Source of the DNA: Tubiluchus corallicola
Lineage: Eukaryota > Animalia > Priapulida
Length of the DNA: 26,160 nucleotides
NCBI GenBank assembly: GCA_030141605.1
Contig: JAQGDQ010001447.1
Location: 1 to 26,160, forward strand
Direction: 5' to 3'
A program made the position numbers and the translations under genes. Below are positions 1 to 10,369 of the stretch, in pieces. The notes under the pieces are model-generated. The model ran no database searches and had not been told where the DNA came from. It saw only the letters and a list, made by a program, of their open reading frames with translations. The first letter of the stretch is position 1; each line of letters starts with the position of its first letter.

Positions 1-100
1 AACCATGATCAGTAAAAAAACTTTCCTTTCTCAGAGACTCTTGATGAAAATAACTCAAATGTAAGGAGGAAGCTAAAGTTGCTAGAATTTTGCGCAAAAC

Positions 101-790
101 TGACGTGTTTGTGAAAGCAGAAATAGAAGTACAGTGCTACTGTAAGATATTCAGTGTGTTGTACTACAACTAGGCAAGTTTTGGGATAAAAATTCAAATT
201 TCAAATTTACCGCTGTGCTCACGCAGGAGTTGCCGAACGTGTGTAGTTCGTCACAAACGAACACATCTGAACTGAGAGGTAAAGTACCTGTTTTTTGTGC
301 AACGCTTTCTGAAATGCAGGCATTAGGGCCCGTCTAACTAGCGAATGGCGAAATGCATATAACAGCGAAGAACTAGTGACACGAACGAAATTGTATTTGT
401 GTGGTAATAATTTTTCACGCAAGTCATTTTTGAAAAAATAGTTTGTTTTCTTTCAATATCTTAAAGAGTAGATTGTTTTGATGTAGACTGGTGTCATCAA
501 TAGTTGGTCACCTTGCCGTTAATTAAGTTTTTAATCTATTATTTAATTATCAGAAATGCTTTTGCAGTATTGATTGTGTTAAAATGTATACTTTTTATCG
601 GACTTGAATATAGTCCTGTCAGTTCAGATGTTAGTTTGTGACGAACTACGCACGTTTGACAGCTCATGCGTGAGCACAGCGGTAAATTTGAAATTTGAAT
701 TTTTATCTCAAAATTTGCCTAGTTCTAGTACGACACGCTGAATATCTTACAGTAGCACTGTACTCCAATTTTCGCTTTCGCAAACACGTG
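101..790. repeat. Internal inverted repeat pair (~101-279 versus ~615-790), probably arms of a non-autonomous DNA element
   Basis: gtacagtgctactgtaagatattcag...catctgaactgagagg at 129-279 is the diverged reverse complement of 615-763. Confidence 0.75.
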
Positions 791-891
791 CAACACGCTC
801 GTAGAATATTTTTGCTGTTCAAAATTATGTTCGTTTGTCATGTCATAAATAGTTGGGCTCGCCTGTCGTTAATTATGTTTTTAATCTATTA

Positions 892-1185
892 TACTACACC
901 ACTGGCTGAACGGGCTATCTATCCATAGCCAGCACCACCCATGGTCCGTCTCGTTTCAGATCTCAGGCGTATAACTTTTGCAAAAACGGCCGAAAATGGC
1001 CATTTTTTAAGGTTTTTTGCCATCCCCCCGTTCCTCGCGGTGGGCCCGATTTGAAAAATAAACCCCCAATGGCACGACACTAGATCGAGACCTTTCGTTT
1101 GATGTATAGATCGCTGCCGTCGTCCGAGCTGTAGGCTCGAATCTTATATATATATATATATATACCAGTAGAATTAATATATAGA
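892..1185 (-). mobile_element. Inverted-arm copy of the ~290-bp Helitron-like insertion
   Basis: Reverse complement of 7640-7928; interrupts the duplicate of 492-610. Confidence 0.5.
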
Positions 1186-1320
1186 TTTAATTGTCATAAA
1201 TGCTTTGACGTTATTGTAGGTGTTAAAACTTTTTATCGTACTTCAAAATGGGGTAGGATGTGAAAAACATCTCTGCTTTTCCTTAAACCGTAAAACTAAA
1301 CGTTTGTGCTGTTCTTTCAG

Positions 1321-1470
1321 ATGCTGGGGATTTCCTACATCTTTGAATCTCACAGCAAACTGTGCACGAGCGAATTCATTCATAACAAATCCATTTCTTG
1401 TGCATTCCAATAAATGATAACTACAGTGAGAAGGTTTTGCCGTGGTTTCATACAGCTTTTCAATTTCTAG
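1321..1470 (+). pseudogene. Frameshifted inverted copy of DUSP coding exon 5
   Basis: tttcag|atgctggggatttcc...tttctag|gtttga. Splice sites are retained, but there is an extra T near 1343, a missing G near 1372 and a garbled 1383-1400. The ORF track shows the pieces LNLTANCAR and IPINDNYSEKVLPWF in different frames. Confidence 0.85.
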
Positions 1471-1512
1471 GTTTGATAGTTACAGCTATACCCACGTGGC
1501 TATATATATATA

Positions 1513-2134
1513 CAGTGTTCCTCTACTTATCGTGGGTGTTCTTGTTTCAGGCCTTACCTATGATAAGTGAATTTCTGCGAAGTAGGGAGAGCGCTATACT
1601 TATTTTAGTAGTTATACATTGTTGTAAGTCTTTATAAACCCTCCCCACACTCTTATACATAACCCTTTCCCATTCCTTTAATAACTTTTCACATACTGTA
1701 CATGTACCTTTTAAAAAAACTTTACTTAAATGTTTGTAAAAATGTTCATTGTGTTGTGTACAATCTCACAGCAAGTAGCATCTCAAGCGGGCGCAAGAAC
1801 TACATTTCGTTTTTGGTGTGTATTCATCCGCTGAATAAATACACTATTTACTGTAGATGTAATCTTTTATGATTTATAATATTCTTTTAACGTTAGAATT
1901 AATATTTTTAATATACTTTTATACATTTTGTGATTTTTTTATGCAAAATTCATCAAATCTATACATTATTGTACAATACGTACTAAGCATGTGCAAAAAT
2001 ACTTTAGACAGAGTACTGCAAAAACCCACGCAACAGCGAGAATACGGAGATAAATATTTTACATACATGTTTTTGAAAACCCATGAAACAGCGAGTCCGC
2101 GATAAACGAACCGCGAAGTAGCGAGGGAACACTG
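1513..2134. mobile_element. pogo/Tigger-type (Tc1/mariner superfamily) MITE, inverted-arm copy
   Basis: CAGTGTTCC...GAGGGAACACTG termini, flanked by (TA)n on both sides. Confidence 0.85.
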
Positions 2135-2267
2135 TATATATATATATATAATTTATCTATAATCTGTATTTATAATCCATCGTATTTGGTTAATGAATCA
2201 TGCGCACTCTGTGTATGTCTTTTGAATGCAGACGTCAAGTGATTGCTCAGTCCTTATCCGTGATGTT

Positions 2268-2387
2268 AACTACGGCCAATTCACGTTGAAAACACCGGTT
2301 CTCGTCTGATCACCGAAGTTAAGCAATGTAGAGCCTGGTTAGTGCTTGGATGGGTGACCGTGTAGGAATACCAGGTGCTCTTGGCTT
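2268..2387 (+). pseudogene. 5S rRNA-derived copy in the inverted arm
   Basis: Reverse complement of 6434-6553. Confidence 0.85.
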
Positions 2388-2607
2388 GTGGGATGCCCAC
2401 ACTGTATCTCGACACTAGGCGGAGCCAATCTGGTGCCAAACGTATCGCTCCGCTTTCCTTTGGACTACACCAGAGAACAGGGGGTCTGTCTGGAACTTGT
2501 CAAAATGATCCACTTAAGTGTTCATTGCCACTTATAAACGGTTTCCCGTTTACGCAGAATGATTTGTTTGAATCGTTAAACAGAGCTATGACTAAAGCAA
2601 GTTTCTG

Positions 2608-3030
2608 TGTGGCTTGTGAGCAGTACACTTTGTATTTAATTTTGAAGAACATTGGATGATATAAACGTTTAGTTAGAGTACTTGGATTGTGGCTTGTGAG
2701 CAGTACACTTTGTATTTAATTTTGAAGAACATTGGATGATATAAACGTTTAGTTAGAGTACTTGGATTGTGGCTTGTGAGCAGTACACTTTGTATTTAAT
2801 TTTGAAGAACATTGGATGATATAAACGTTTAGTTAGAGTACTTGGATTGTGGCTTGTGAGCAGTACACTTTGTATTTAATTTTGAAGAACATTGGATGAT
2901 ATAAACGTTTAGTTAGAGTACTTGGATTGTGGCTTGTGAGCAGTACACTTTGTATTTAATTTTGAAGAACATTGGATGATATAAACGTTTAGTTAGAGTA
3001 CTTGGATTGTGGCTTGCGAGCAGTACACTT
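2608..3030. repeat. 80-bp tandem repeat (5 full units plus a partial) overlapping the DUSP stop codon
   Basis: ggcttgtgag recurs at 2611, 2691, 2771, 2851 and 2931, with a genic variant at 3011. Confidence 0.97.
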
Positions 3031-4436
3031 TACTTTGTTCAGGTATAGTAATTGGAGGTGACATATTCTCGTTTGTCGGCGTCTGATCTCCGTCCTCTAG
3101 TGCTGGACGAGATCTTGTCATCGGCTCTACGTAAAACATGCTATTTTCTCCAACTTTTGTACCTCCAAATCCCACGAACGGTTCAACTTTAAACACACTG
3201 TCAGCACTTATACCCAAGCAGTCTTCGCACTTACAGGGACTAGGGCCGAGGCCCGAATCTTGCGAATCACACGATAAGTGTCTCTTGTTAAGCGTAAAAT
3301 TTGGCGATAGCTCTGAGCCTGCCCGGCAGTAGGGCAGCTCAGTTCTTAGTCCTAAAAAAGGATCACTATTGTCGCAGTGTAGAGTAGAATTGTTGTTATT
3401 CGTTGAACTGTCGGATGATCGACCGCTTGGATTTGAGGCTCTTTCACACTGTAACTGCCCTTGCCATTGACTAACAAACTGCTTGCGCACTTCTGGTGCA
3501 ACACGAGACTCAGAGCATGTATTTGTTTGCTGCTGTTTGAAGCCGGGTTTGCACCAGTCGGGTTCAACAGACAATAATATGCTACTAGGACGTGTCGGAT
3601 GCTCGCGAGAGTCCACGAGTGATGGTTTTAAATTCGTACGGTCATCGGTTTCTGAAGAGGTTCGTCTCTCAATAGACTTTCCAAACACAAATAGTGGAGC
3701 TTTTGATGAGCTTGGCGGATCTTGTTTTGTTGGAGGTGTGGCTTCTTTTGGTGGAGGTGCGGCTTCCTTTCTCTGTTTTCCTTTCACAAACTGCGGCTGA
3801 AACTTTGGAGGAGCAGACACGCTTTCTTGTACCGTGGCGCTACTCCGGAAAGGAAAGACAGGCTTGAGACCGGTGTCCGTCACCCGCGGAACGGACAAAC
3901 CGGTTCCTCGGTTCAAGCCCGGGGCGCGTGAAACCGACAAACACGTTGGCTTCTCTAGATATTTAGTGCAAACCGACTTGGCATGTTTGTTCTCTAGAGG
4001 GGTTTTTGAGAGAGACGTCGTGGTACTGGTCAATGTGGCTTCTATTGGACACGTGACCCGCACATGATATGTCACTGATTCGTCACCCGCACAAGTGATA
4101 CTCAGCTTAGATGATGATAAAAACGACTTGCTCACTGAACATTCCTTAGTTAAACAAGGCATAAAACTGATCTTATCCAATTCACACGTCGGAATCGATC
4201 TCACTGCCTTCTCTTCTAAACCACTTCTAGGTTTACCGACGTCTACTTTCAAGGTCATTGTATGCGGCGACTTTACAGGCGCCGTGGGAGTTGGCGTTGG
4301 ACTTGGAGTAGGACGTCGTAATGGCGTGCCGGATTGAATAACGTAACCGTGACTTTGTAGGATTTTTTCCCAATCTAATAGCTGCCCGAGAAAGTTGAAA
4401 TTTGGCGAAATAACTGGCCGCTTCTCTTTTACATAC
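2993..4436 (-). CDS. DUSP16: DUSP8/16-like terminal coding exon (YVKEKRPVISPNFNFLGQLLDWEK plus long S/P/T-rich tail ending QATIQVL*)
   Basis: ttcgcag|GTAT acceptor. The SPNFNFLGQL motif is in frame (59 codons) with the 421-aa ORF 2993..4258. TAA at 2993-2995. Confidence 0.95.
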
Positions 4437-4734
4437 CTGCGAACGGAATAAATTTTGTTGTATTTAGTTGAAGTTAGTTACATACAATGAGAGAAATTTT
4501 AGTAGCCATCTTAAATGGAATGTATATAACAATGATGAGCAAAGGTGGTATGTTCAATTTAAGGTTCAGTAACAAAGAAATTTGTATAAGAACAAGAGCA
4601 CAAATCACTGTCACTTTACCAGAGGTGTAGTCAGGTCCATTAAGGGGAGTGGTTGCTCCTCTTCCTCCCCTATTAGCTACGTCATTCCACCTCGCATGCT
4701 TGCTCACATTTATACAAAAGACAGTAGGACAGCA

Positions 4735-5978
4735 TCGCACACTGCCATCTATGTTTGACCAAGTGAAACAATCCACACTGTGCTATATATACACCATACA
4801 CAAGCTTAGTTAACTTACCTGTAGGCATCGTCTGAAGATATCGCACACTGCCATCTATGTTTGACCAAGTGAAACAATCCACACCATGCTATATATACAC
4901 AATACACAAGCTTAATTAACTTACCTGTATGCATCGCACACTGCCATCTATGTTTAACCAAGTGAAACAATCCACAAGCTTAGTTAACTTACCAGTAGGC
5001 ATCGTCTGAAGATATCGCACACTGCCATCTATGTTTGACCAAATGAAACAATCCACACTGTGCTATATATACATAATGCACAAGCTTAGTTAACTTACCT
5101 GCATGCATCGCCTGAAGATATCACACACTGCCATCTATGTTTGAGCAAGTGAAACCAACACACAAGCTTAGTTAACTTACCTGTATGCATCATCTGAAGA
5201 TATCGCACACTGCCATCTATGTTTGACCAAGTGAAACAATCCACACCGTGCTATATATACACAATCCACAAGCTTAGTTAACTTACCTGTATGCATCATC
5301 TGAAGATATCGCACACTGCCATCTATGTTTGACCAAGTGAAACAATCCACACCATGCTATATATACGCAATACACAAGCTTAGTTAACTTACCTGTAGGC
5401 ATCATCTGAAGATATTGCACACTGCCATCTATGTTTGACCAAGTGAAACAATCCACAACTTAGTTAACTTACCTGCATGCATCGTCTGAAGATATCGCAC
5501 GCTGCCATCTATGTTTGACCAAGTGAAACAATCCACAACTTAGTTAACTTACCTGCATGCATCGTCTGAAGATATCGCACGCTGCCATCTATGTTTGACC
5601 ACGTGAAACAATCCACAAGCTTAGTTAACTTACCTGTAGGCATCGTCTGAAGATATTGCACACTGCCATCTATGTTTGACCAAGTGAAACAATCCACAAG
5701 CTTAGTTAACTTACCTGCAGGCATCGTCTGAAGATATCGCACACTGCCATCTATGTTTGACCAAGTGAAACAATCCACAAGCTTAGTTAACTTACCTATA
5801 TGAATCGTCTGAAGTTATTGCACACTGCCATCTATGTTTGACCATGTGAAACAATCCAAGCTTAGTTAACTTACCTGTAGGCATCGTCTGAAGATAATGC
5901 ACACTGCCATCTATGTTTGACCAAGTGAAACAGTCCACAAGCTTAGTTAACTTACCTGTATGCATCGTCTGAAGATAT
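4735..5978. repeat. ~81-bp tandem repeat (with ~106-bp variants), 14 units, each containing the end of exon 6 and its splice donor
   Basis: aacttacc occurs 14 times between 4812 and 5956. Unit: gcacactgccatctatgtttgaccaagtgaaacaatccacaagcttagttaacttacctgtatgcatcgtctgaagatatc. Confidence 0.97.
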
Positions 5979-6079
5979 CTGTAAATGTTTCATGACATAT
6001 CCAATCGCAAACGTAGGAGATCGAGAGATTCCTGCCATGCAATGCAACAACACCGAGGCGTGCGATTCGCGTACTTTAT
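5956..6079 (-). CDS. DUSP16: DUSP8/16-like coding exon 6, catalytic P-loop (DKVRESHASVLLHCMAGISRSPTFAIGYVMKHLQISSDDAYR)
   Basis: atttcag|AT ... ACAG|gtaagt; 124 nt, phase 1/2. Intact HCxxGxxRS signature. Confidence 0.96.
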
Positions 6080-6433
6080 CTGAAATGATACCAGGGTTGT
6101 GTAAGTAGGAAAACATGTTTACTGAGCATAAATTTTACGCTGGTAGAATAAACACGAAAAACAGAATTTAAAACAAACCATCAATTCTCTCAGAGCCACA
6201 CAGAAACTTGCTTTAGTCATAGCTCTGTTTAAACGATTCAAAACAAATCATTTCTGCGTAAACGGGAAACCGTTTATAAGTGGCAATGAACACTTAAGTG
6301 GATCATTTTGACAAGTTCCAGACAACAGGAACCCCCTCTCTTCCTCCCTGGTGTAGTCCAAAGGAAAGCGGAGCGATACGTTTGGCACCAGATTGGCTCC
6401 GCCTAGTGTCGAGATACAGTGTGGGCATCCCAC

Positions 6434-6553
6434 AAGCCAAGAGCACCTGGTATTCCTACACGGTCACCCATCCAAGCACTAACCAGGCTCTACATTGCTT
6501 AACTTCGGTGATCAGACGAGAACCGGTGTTTTCAACGTGAATTGGCCGTAGTT
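6434..6553 (-). pseudogene. Full-length 5S rRNA-derived copy (pseudogene or SINE3 head)
   Basis: 120 nt CTACGGCCA...GTTGAAAACACCGGTTCTCGTCTGATCACCGAAGTTAAGCAA...TGGATGGGTGACCG...GGAATACC...GGCTT. A and C boxes are recognisable, helix I is mispaired (AACTACGGC vs GCTCTTGGC), and there is no oligo-T terminator. Confidence 0.85.
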
Positions 6554-6686
6554 AACATCACGGATAAGGACTGAGCAATCACTTGACGTCTGCATTCAAA
6601 AGACATACACAGAGTGCGCATGATTCATTAACCAAATACGATGGATTATAAATACAGATTATAGATAAATTATATATATATATATA

Positions 6687-7307
6687 CAGTGTTCCCTCGC
6701 TACTTCGCGGTTCGTTTATCGCGGACTCGCTGTTTCATGGGTTTTCAAAAACATGTATGTAAAATATTTATCTCCGTATTCTCGCTGTTGCGTGGGTTTT
6801 TGCAGTGCTCCGTCTAAAGTACTTTTGCACATGCGTAGTACGTATTGTACAATAATGTATAGATTTGATGAATTTTGCATAAAAAAAATCACAAAATGTA
6901 TAAAAGTATACTAAAAATATTAATTCTAACGTTAAAAGAATATTATAAATCATAAAAAATTACCATTTACAGTAAATAGTGTATTTATTCGGCGGATGAA
7001 TACACACCAAAAACGAAATGTAGTACTTGCGCCCGCCTGAGATGCTACTTGCTGTGAGATTGTACACAACACAATGAACATTTTTACAAACATTTAAGTA
7101 AAGTTTTTTAAAAGGTACATGTACAGTACGGGAAAAGTTATTAAGGGAATGGGAAAGGGTTATGTATAAGAGTGTGGGGAGGGTTTATAAAGACTTAAAA
7201 TAATGTATAACTACTAAAATAAGTATAGCGCTCTCCCTACTTCGCAGAAATTCACTTATCGCGGGTGGGCCTGGAACAGAACACCCACGATAAGTGAGGG
7301 AACACTG
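6687..7307. mobile_element. pogo/Tigger-type MITE (621 bp) in a DUSP intron
   Basis: TIRs CAGTGTTCCCTCGCT / AAGTGAGGGAACACTG with subterminal TTATCGCGG/TTCGCGG motifs. Inserted in TA repeats about 40 nt from the exon-5 donor. No coding capacity. Confidence 0.88.
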
Positions 7308-7349
7308 TATATATATATATGCGATAGATTATAGCTGTAACTATCAAAC

Positions 7350-7497
7350 CTAGAAATTGAAAAGCTGTATGAAACCACGGCAAAACCTTCTCACTGTAGT
7401 TATCATTTATTGGAATGCGCAAGAAGTAGTTGTCCTGAATGAATTCCGCTCGTGCACAGTTTGCTGTGAGATTCAAGATGTAGGAAATCCCCAGCAT
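7350..7497 (-). CDS. DUSP16: DUSP8/16-like coding exon 5, DSP domain with general-acid Asp (MLGISYILNLT...RIPINDNYSEKVLPWFHTAFQFL)
   Basis: ctttcag|ATG ... CTAG|gtttga; 148 nt, phase 0/1. Matches RVPVNDSFCEKILPW of DUSP16. Confidence 0.94.
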
Positions 7498-7639
7498 CTG
7501 AAAGAACAGCACAAACGTTTTAGTTTTACGGTTTAAAGGAAAGCAGAATGTTTTTCATATACTACCTTGTATTCAAGTCTGATAAAAAGTTTACATTTTA
7601 ACACAATTAATACTGCAAAAAGCATTTCTGATAATTAAA

Positions 7640-7928
7640 TCTATATATTAATTCTACTGGTATGTATATATATATATATAAATATAGCTACAGCTCCGAT
7701 GACGGCACCATTAGCGGCGATCTATACATCAAACGAAAGGTGTCGATCTAGTGTCGTGCCATTGGGGGGTTTATTTTTCGAATCGGGCCCACCGTGACGA
7801 ACAGGGGGCGAAAAACCTCCAAAAATGGGTTTTTTGCTAAAGTTATACGCCTGAGATCTGGAGAACGGGAACGGACCATGGGTGGTGCTGGCTATGGATA
7901 GATAGCCCATTCAGCGGTGGATGTAGTA
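7640..7928 (+). mobile_element. ~290-bp insertion, probable non-autonomous Helitron
   Basis: The empty site is visible in the paralogous segment (8252-8272, and 530-550 in the left arm). The insert starts TCTATATAT, carries (TA)n, ends gcccattcagcggtggatGTAGTA, and sits between A and T with no TSD. The 3' end is a degenerate CTAG. Confidence 0.5.
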
Positions 7929-8801
7929 TAATAGATTAAAATCTTAATTAACAGCAGGCGAGCCCATGTATTGATGACATCACAAACTAACATGATTTTC
8001 AAGAGCAAAAATATTCTGCGAGCATGTTGCACGTGTTTCCAGACTGCTACTGTAAGATATTCAGCGTGTTGTACTAGAACTAGGCAAGTTTTAAGATCAA
8101 AGTCTTAATTTCAAATTTACTGCTGTGCTCGTGCATGAGCTGTCAAACGTGCGTAGTTCGTCACAAACTAACACATCTGAACTGACAGGACTATATTCAA
8201 GTGCGATAAAAAGTATACATTTTAACACAATTAATAATGCAAAAGTGTTTCTGATAATTAAACAATAGATTAAAAACTTAATTAACGGCAGGCGAGCCCA
8301 ACTATTGATGACACCAGTCTACATCAAAACAATCTACTCTTTAAGATATTGAAAGAAAACAAACTATTTTTTCAAAAATGACTTACGTGAAAGAATTATT
8401 ACCACACAAACACAATTTCACGTTCGTGTCACTAGTTCTTCGCTGTTACGTGCATTTCAGCATTCACTAGTTAGACGGGCACTAGCACCTGCATTTTGGA
8501 AAATTTTGTATAAAAACTGGGTGTTTGTTGTGTGTTGTTTGTGGTGTTGGTTGGTGGGGGTTTTGTTTGAATTTTTATCCCAGAACTTGTAGTTGTAGTC
8601 ACACTTTTTTGTGTGTTTTTTTTGTTTGTGTTTTGGTTTGTTTGTTTTTTTTGGTTTTTTTGGTCTCTGAGAAAGGAAAGTTTTTTTACTGATCATGGTT
8701 TACTTGCAAATTATCACATAGGAGGGTTAATAATTTTTATCCAGCGAACTGAAATTATTGAAATTAGAAATTCAATACATCATAATTATTTACGTTATTT
8801 A

Positions 8802-9180
8802 CTATAAAGGGACTAGCAAACCACAAGGAGTTATTGTACAGGTTGATTTATAATAACTCAGTTTGCCTTTTTGTAGTATAGTAACATAAATCAGTTTGTT
8901 TGAACGCCTATAAAGAGGCTAGCACACCACAAGCAGTTATTGCTCAGGTTGACTTATAAATAACTTCGAGTTTGTCCTTGCGTCGTATAATAACATAAAT
9001 CAGTTTGTCTGAACGCCTATAAAGAGGCTAGCACACCACAAGCAGTTATTGCGCAGGTTGGTTTATAATTAACTTCGAGTTTGTCTTTACGTCCGATAAT
9101 AACACAAATCACTTTGTCTGAATGCCTATATTATAAAGAGGCTAGCACGCCACAGGCAGTTATAGCTTACGTTGAGTTAT
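8802..9180. repeat. ~108-bp diverged tandem repeat, ~3.5 units
   Basis: tataaagaggctagcacaccacaagcagttat recurs near 8803, 8910, 9018 and 9132. Confidence 0.85.
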
Positions 9181-9859
9181 AAAAGTTGTCTGAATACCAC
9201 ACCGATACCAACTTTCAGTAAATGTGATAAATCTGATTTTTTTTGAGCCACTTGTCTGTGACATCGTGGTTAACAGATAATTGAAAAAAAAAACAATCGC
9301 GATGCTTAATTTTATAATTTAGGTTAGATTGTTCAGTTTATACATAGAAGGATCGTGCATTAAATTAAGCATTTTTTTAATATTTGTAATTGCTACAGTG
9401 CGCAGTCAAATTGGCAAGAAAAGTGATGAAAATACCATTATCATCAACACCAACGTGATAATTTGTGCCACAATTTATATAATTATCCGCATAATTCTTC
9501 CGGTGATTGTAGGATGTTTTATTTTTGATTACAGTTCAATCAAGTTTACATTAATACCTAGAAGTAAAACATGAAATACGCAATTAAACTAGGGCGCCAG
9601 TCTCGAAACGACAAACGTCTGTTATTCTTTAACACACTGCAAATAGTTGCGGCGCGGCTTGCTTTATTTACTGGGCAGTCTACTTTGATCATTATCAAGT
9701 CTCATTCCACCTATTATTGAGGTGTTACCATTTATTAGAGTATAATGAACTATTTTTATAAACCACGTGTCTATGGTGGTTGTTAGAAGAGAAAAATTAA
9801 ACTCACTACAATAATTTAGAAATTTAATTGAATAAACCAATTTATCCAGACACTTCAAA

Positions 9860-9965
9860 GCATTTATCATTAAAACAGCACAACTTTTATTAAAAAAAAC
9901 TTTAATTTACAACTGTTTAAAACATTTAAACAGCAATGGGCTGTCACCATCAGTGGTACACTATA
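9860..9965 (-). mobile_element. Inverted Penelope pLTR fragment with a broken hammerhead
   Basis: Minus strand reads tgtaccaCTGATGGtgacagcccattgctgt-ttaaatgttttaaacagttgtaaattaaag..., homologous to 11043-11072 and 11142-11188. The GAAA box is absent. Confidence 0.65.
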
Positions 9966-10369
9966 CATAATAACAACATTGGTCAAACAGCCTGCGGGAA
10001 AAACGCTCTAGCGGCGCCTCGTGGGACTCTCGGAAGGAGATATACGACTCTTTAGAAAGACGAAGAACAGGGCTAAACGATGATGTGGGCTATATTTTAG
10101 GACACGTCCACTGAGAGGAGTATCGACGAGTTAATTAGATGTTCTATTTTCGGCAATTTTTGCTTAGAAAACTGCTAACGCAAAGCCATTGTTCTGACGT
10201 CATCCATTATACTCTGTCTATAATCATATAACTTTAATTCAGTAAAAGCTGCTGCTGCAGGCTTTGCGTTATAAGTGAGAAATGTGTAGGATGTTTGCGT
10301 ATTTTTGATTATACGTGTATTTATACGCACAATTTTTTGCGGGGCGTTTGCTAGCAGAAAATTATTAGC

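Larger units (their letters stand above)
1..2614 (+). repeat. Left arm of a large inverted duplication (reverse complement of 6194-8700)
   Basis: Positions 1-38 are the reverse complement of 8663-8700. Collinear through the Helitron-like insert, exon-5 copy, MITE and 5S copy to gtttctgtgtggct (2614 pairs with 6194). Confidence 0.95.
6194..8700 (-). repeat. Right (genic) arm of the inverted duplication: parts of two introns plus exon 5
   Basis: Reverse complement of 1-2614; carries the intact exon. Confidence 0.95.

Noticed and set aside
2268-2387. Functional 5S rRNA gene
   Set aside because: Helix I is mispaired, there is no T-run terminator, and it is not in an rDNA array.
2993-4258. Stand-alone 421-aa intronless gene
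   Set aside because: The frame stays open upstream to the acceptor at 4437 and includes SPNFNFLGQL, so it is the last DUSP exon.
3138-4337. Short plus-strand ORFs overlapping the terminal exon
   Set aside because: Antisense shadows of a GC-richer coding exon, with no recognisable motifs.
4474-5778. Repetitive ORFs DCFTWSNIDGSVRYLQTM...
   Set aside because: By-product of an 81-bp (multiple of 3) repeat; different frame from the DUSP exon and broken by indels.
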